Shown here piece by piece: positions 58,559 through 62,443 of a stretch of DNA of 62,443 nt. Origin of the DNA: Clostridia bacterium (GTDB lineage Bacteria; Bacillota; Clostridia; Oscillospirales; CAG-272); NCBI GenBank assembly GCA_017959065.1, contig JAGDBK010000068.1, positions 1 through 62,443 on the forward strand, read 5' to 3'. The position numbers and the translations under genes were made by a program. The notes beneath the pieces were generated by a model. It saw only the letters and a program-made list of their open reading frames with translations, ran no database searches and was not told the origin of the DNA. Position 1 is the first letter of the stretch; every line of letters begins with the position of its first letter.

Positions 58559-58884
58559 GCTGGAAACTTGTCTTTTTGCCCGAAGCTCTGAAGGATATGA
58601 AAAACCTTGACGGCAATCGGAAGATTTTGGTATTGAAAGCCATCAAGAAGGTACAGACGAATCCTCTGCCGACGTACGAGGGTGGATTAGGAAAGCCGCT
58701 CGGCAACAAAGGAAGCAACAATCTGACCGGCTTTTTGAAGATTAAATTGCGCGACGCCGGGATTCGCGTTGTTTACAAACTTATCAAAGTGGAAACAGAA
58801 ATGCTCGTCATAGTCGTCGGTGCGAGAGCCGATGATGAGGTTTACGAAATCGCAGACAAAAGAATAAAGAGACACGGGCTATGA
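58555..58884 (+). CDS. RelE/ParE-family toxin
   Basis: WKLVFLPEALKD, GKPL, KIKL...GIRVVY, VVG.R...VY; ATGA overlap with the antitoxin. Confidence 0.9.
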   Translation: MSWKLVFLPEALKDMKNLDGNRKILVLKAIKKVQTNPLPTYEGGLGKPLGNKGSNNLTGFLKIKLRDAGIRVVYKLIKVETEMLVIVVGARADDEVYEIADKRIKRHGL

Positions 58885-58902
58885 GTCTCGTACACAATCT
58901 GT

Positions 58903-58935
58903 GAACGTCTGTCGGAAGGCGGGCGTTCTTTTTTT
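58903..58935 (+). terminator. Intrinsic terminator of TA operon
   Basis: GAACGTCTGTC-GGAA-GGCGGGCGTTC followed by T7. Confidence 0.85.
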
Positions 58936-59010
58936 GTGTGTCGGGCACGACACCTACCTAACTGGTGAAAGACCAGTCGCGAGTATTTACCGCCAAGCGT
59001 AGCGACGGTC
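58936..59010 (+). mobile_element. 5' remnant of a group IIC intron
   Basis: Begins GTGTG directly after the terminator U-tract; hairpins GTGTCG-GGCA-CGACAC and CTGG-TGAAAGA-CCAG resemble the IIC domain I 5' end; no RT ORF or domain V seen. Confidence 0.65.
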
Positions 59011-59183
59011 ACTTGTTTGCGAACAACTGATATGAACTGTCATTCACTGCCGCAGTGGCTGGGCAATTCCTGAATCTGCTTAATCTGAAGATCTGGTGGG
59101 GCCGCAATTGGTTGGAAAGCGGATCAATTGTAGCTTGTAACCTACATCTCAAGCGTAACGGGAAGTTATTTTTCCCAGCCGTA

Positions 59184-59211
59184 TTGATATATTATTACAG
59201 GATGATATAAT
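59184..59211 (+). promoter_or_regulatory. Putative sigma-A promoter of RNA ligase
   Basis: TTGATA-16 nt-TATAAT with extended TG. Confidence 0.6.
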
Positions 59212-59277
59212 CCGACATGAAAAGAGAAATTTCGCTGCCGGAACGAAACAAAAATCAATGCAGCTAAGGAGGAGAAT

Positions 59278-60321
59278 ATGAGAAAACTGGCTAGTCTTCA
59301 GAAGATCTGGAAAATTGAGCCGATCGAGGGCGCGGACAGGATTGAGCTTGCGCATGTTCTCGGCTGGCAGTGCGTAGTCAACAAGGGGCAGTTTCAGCCG
59401 ATGGATGTAGGAGTGTATTTTGAAATCGACAGTTTTCTGCCGGTCCGTCCCGAATTTGAATTCATGAGAGCGTCAAGCTACAAGAAAACGGATATAATGG
59501 GAGAGGGCTTCAGACTCCGGACGATGAAGTTCAGAGGACAGATCTCCCAGGGACTCCTGCTTCCTGTCGGAAGTTTCCCGGAGATCCCGGAGGGAACGGA
59601 ACTCGGAAGCGATGTTTCGGATTTGCTTGGCGTCAGGAAATGGGAAATAGAGGAACGTGCCACGACCGGGGGGACCGTGATCGGAAATCTTCCTTACGAT
59701 ATCCCGCACACAGACGAGACCAGAGTCCAGGAGAACCCGGAACTCATCAGTGCTTTCTCGGGCCTTGAGTATTATATCTCCACTAAGATGGACGGTTCTT
59801 CCCATTCGATCGGCATAGACGAGAACGGATTTCATGTTGCCGGTCATAATTTTGAATACAAGGACGACGGCAGCAGTTCTTTTTACGAACTTGTAAAAGC
59901 GAGAGGATATAAGGAAAAGATCGAAGACTTTGCCAGGCAGAATGGGCTGACGACTTTTACCGTTCAGGGCGAATTCTGCGCGCCAGGAATACAGCGGAAC
60001 AGGCTCAGACTGGCTAGACCTGAATGGTATGTCTTTACTGTACGCGAGAACGGTGCCCGGGTCGGACTTGCCAGAATGCTGCAGGTTTGCGATGCTCTTG
60101 GTTTCGAACATGTTCCGATAGAAGAAATCGGAGAAAATCTTCCTTCAAAGTATCCCAGTGTAGACGCGCTTCTAGAGCGTGCCGACGGCGAGTATCCGAA
60201 CGGCGGGAAAAAAGAAGGAATCGTCATCAGGCCGACTGAGCCGGTCTTCTGTCCGCTGATAAGTGCAAGCCTTTCCATGAAGGTCGTGAGCAACAGTTAT
60301 CTGCTAAAAATTGAAACCTAG
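59278..60321 (+). CDS. ATP-dependent RNA ligase, DRB0094/DraRnl-type
   Basis: N-terminal RKLAS...I.PI.GADRIE...V.GW..VV and RGQISQGL; nucleotidyltransferase motifs KMDGSS, QGE, YVF, EGIVI, K.VSN.YL. Confidence 0.92.
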   Translation: MRKLASLQKIWKIEPIEGADRIELAHVLGWQCVVNKGQFQPMDVGVYFEIDSFLPVRPEFEFMRASSYKKTDIMGEGFRLRTMKFRGQISQGLLLPVGSFPEIPEGTELGSDVSDLLGVRKWEIEERATTGGTVIGNLPYDIPHTDETRVQENPELISAFSGLEYYISTKMDGSSHSIGIDENGFHVAGHNFEYKDDGSSSFYELVKARGYKEKIEDFARQNGLTTFTVQGEFCAPGIQRNRLRLARPEWYVFTVRENGARVGLARMLQVCDALGFEHVPIEEIGENLPSKYPSVDALLERADGEYPNGGKKEGIVIRPTEPVFCPLISASLSMKVVSNSYLLKIET

Positions 60322-60446
60322 TCCGGCAGAGATCACAAAACAGGATCTTCTGTTTTCCATTGATAGACATGGTCCGGTCTTAAGCAGATCAAAAAAGCAT
60401 CATCGGGTAAAATGGATGCTGCTTGAGGTCATTCATAATATAATCG

Positions 60447-60493
60447 TGCAAAAAAAGTGTCAGCCGGCGGTTTTTACCGCTGGCTTTTGGTAT
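60447..60493 (+). repeat. Palindromic repeat, copy 1
   Basis: AAAAAGTGTCAGCCGGCGGTTTTTACCGCTGGCTTTTGGTAT; similar to 62267-62312. Confidence 0.7.
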
Positions 60494-60565
60494 AATGACT
60501 ATAATATGAAAATTTGGCTGGACCGGGAAAGAATCTGACGGGTCCGGACGGGAGGGGAACTGATA

Positions 60566-62086
60566 ATGACATCGTTAAAGAAGACGCTCTGCCTGCTGCT
60601 CCCGATCGTTTTCACTGCCGCGGCGCTGTTCGCATGCGGCGGAAGCGGACAGTCCGCAGAGACAGGGAAGCCCGGGGAAGACCCGGGGGACACCACTGCA
60701 TTTTCGAACGAGACGACTTTTCAGAGAGTAGAGGACAGCCTGCCGGAATCGCTGAATTTCGGCGGGGAGAAAGTGACGATCCTCGCTCCCAAGCTCGGCT
60801 TGAATTCGCTGGTCGACATCTATGCGGAAGAGCTCAACAGCGACCCGATCAACGATTCGGTGTTCAACCGCGAAAAATTCGTTGAGGACAGGCTCGGGGT
60901 AGAGATAAGCTATCCGGAGCCCAGCGGCCCGCTCCTCGAGGTCATGCTGAAGCAGGAGACCACCGGCGACGAGATATACAGCATCTACAGCGGAGTCTCC
61001 CACCAGATGTCGGACTACGTGTTCGACGCGTATTATCAGGATCTGACGTATCTGGACTATCTGGATTTCGACGCCCCGTGGTGGAACGACAGCTTCATAG
61101 AGGAGTCCTCTTTCAGGGACAAGGTCTTCATGCTGAGCGGATCGCTTTCGCTCACTCTGCTCAGAGGCATCCAGGCGGTGTACTTCAACAAGGCCATCGC
61201 GGAAAACTACAGCGGCAGCATCCCGGAACTGTCCGACCTGTACGGGATGGTCGAGCGCGGCGAATGGACCGTGGACAGGCTCAGGACGCTCGGAGGATCC
61301 ATATACACCGATCTCAACGGTAACCAGGAGTTCGACTTGGAGGACGCGTACGGCATTCTGTGCGCCGAAAACGCCGCGGCGATGGAGTTCGGCGCGTTCA
61401 ACATCAGCGTATTCGAAAAGGACGAGGAGGACTGGTTCGTCTTCAACGTCAACACGGACAAGCTGTTCGACGCCCTTCAGAAGGTATACGACCTGTTCTA
61501 TGAAAGCACCGGAAGCGCCAACGCCAACGTTGACCGCGGCGATGTCAGCCTCAGCAACGCGATGGACAGCATTTTCACGGGATGCAACGGCCTGTTCCTG
61601 ATAGACAGCCTGCAGTGCGTGGAAAAGCCTGCGTTCCGCAACATGAAGGACGATTACGGCATCCTTCCGGAACCGAAATACAACGAGCAGCAGAAGGAAT
61701 ACTACGCTTATTCGGCGGAGTTTTCCAGCTTCTCGATCTCGGCGGTGAACAGCCGTCCGGAGATCGCCGCCGCCGTTCTTGAGGCCATGGCGTCGTATTC
61801 GTACAACGAGACCGTACCCACTTATCTCGACCTTGCGCTGAAGGGAAGGTACATGTCCGACCCGCAGTCCAGAAAGATGATCGACATAACCATCAGCAAT
61901 GTCGTATTCGACACAGCCTGGATATTTGTCGAGGAGTTCACGGACTGGTACGCTCCCGGCTTAAAGAACCTGATCCTGGCCAGAGACAGCTACTTCGCAT
62001 CCTCTCACGCGGGACATCTCTCGGCCATCAGGAGAGGACTTATCGGATACGATCTGAAATACAGGAAGATGTTCGGCGACAGCTGA
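60566..62086 (+). CDS. Orphan extracellular solute-binding lipoprotein (carbohydrate ABC type)
   Basis: Lipobox LFAC; YLDFDAPWW, VYFNK, GEWT, DLNGN, YGILP.PKY.E.Q, LEAMA, S..MID. Confidence 0.88.
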   Translation: MTSLKKTLCLLLPIVFTAAALFACGGSGQSAETGKPGEDPGDTTAFSNETTFQRVEDSLPESLNFGGEKVTILAPKLGLNSLVDIYAEELNSDPINDSVFNREKFVEDRLGVEISYPEPSGPLLEVMLKQETTGDEIYSIYSGVSHQMSDYVFDAYYQDLTYLDYLDFDAPWWNDSFIEESSFRDKVFMLSGSLSLTLLRGIQAVYFNKAIAENYSGSIPELSDLYGMVERGEWTVDRLRTLGGSIYTDLNGNQEFDLEDAYGILCAENAAAMEFGAFNISVFEKDEEDWFVFNVNTDKLFDALQKVYDLFYESTGSANANVDRGDVSLSNAMDSIFTGCNGLFLIDSLQCVEKPAFRNMKDDYGILPEPKYNEQQKEYYAYSAEFSSFSISAVNSRPEIAAAVLEAMASYSYNETVPTYLDLALKGRYMSDPQSRKMIDITISNVVFDTAWIFVEEFTDWYAPGLKNLILARDSYFASSHAGHLSAIRRGLIGYDLKYRKMFGDS

Positions 62087-62266
62087 CATCCTCTCTTCGC
62101 TGCCTTCACGTTTCACGGAGGTCCCCGTTTTATGTACGCCTTCTCTCCTGACGCGGATCGGCGTTATCGTGAAACGGGGAAGCCGGTAGGCATGTCAAAT
62201 GGCTATACCTATAAATAGACGCTAACTCATCAATCTCAGTATTATTCTTCGGATCTGGAAAAAACC

Positions 62267-62312
62267 TGTAAAAATTGTCTGCCGGCGGTATAAAACCGCC
62301 GGTTTTTTGTAT
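62267..62312 (+). repeat. Palindromic repeat, copy 2
   Basis: AAAAATTGTCTGCCGGCGGTATAAAACCGCCGGTTTTTTGTAT. Confidence 0.7.
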
Positions 62313-62443
62313 CCCAAAACCACGCGTTAGACGCGTGGTTCGGTAACAATTATATAGTTGAGAATGACAAAAAAACTCCTTTGTTGTAAAATTCAAGTGC
62401 GGTCTGCCAGCTGCACAAAAAATACAACAAAGGAGGACGATAA
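62313..62443 (+). mobile_element. Left end and tnpA leader of a second, divergent IS200/IS605-like element (truncated by window)
   Basis: Hairpin AACCACGCGT-TAG-ACGCGTGGTT, shared AAGTGCGGTCTG motif, and the same anti-SD/SD stem layout as 57391-57452. Confidence 0.72.

Noticed and set aside
60311-60538. 75-aa ORF after the RNA ligase
   Set aside because: No SD or recognisable motif, and it runs through the palindrome and promoter.

Overview
This 62.4 kb window spans the replication-origin region of a Clostridia-like (Bacillota) chromosome. From left to right it holds: a partial ApbE-like gene; an Ami-type oligopeptide ABC operon and a tldD/pmbA pair (minus strand); a plus-strand core block (proBA, thiI, dut, maf, mreBCD, mrdA, rsmG, parAB with three perfect parS sites, serS, a MORN protein, ahcY); cysE-cysS divergent from dnaA; oriC and dnaN-recF-remB-gyrB-pfkB-gyrA; recA-recX-rimO-pgsA-hprK-rnhA-yhaO-yhaN; an AraC/ThuA locus with four Gfo/Idh/MocA oxidoreductases; and an accessory tail (IS200, Phd-RelE TA pair, a group IIC intron 5' remnant, a DRB0094-type RNA ligase, an orphan solute-binding lipoprotein, and the start of a second IS200-like element). 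Two observations stand out. First, six genes (parA, MORN, dnaA, dnaN, recA, rimO) share a leader in which a strong Shine-Dalgarno is separated from the start codon by one or two hairpins. Second, the OppA/AmiA appears to be circularly permuted, and its ATPase partners carry unusual insertions or fusions. No rRNA, tRNA or CRISPR array was seen. All calls come from reading the sequence and recalled family motifs; no database search or folding program was run.
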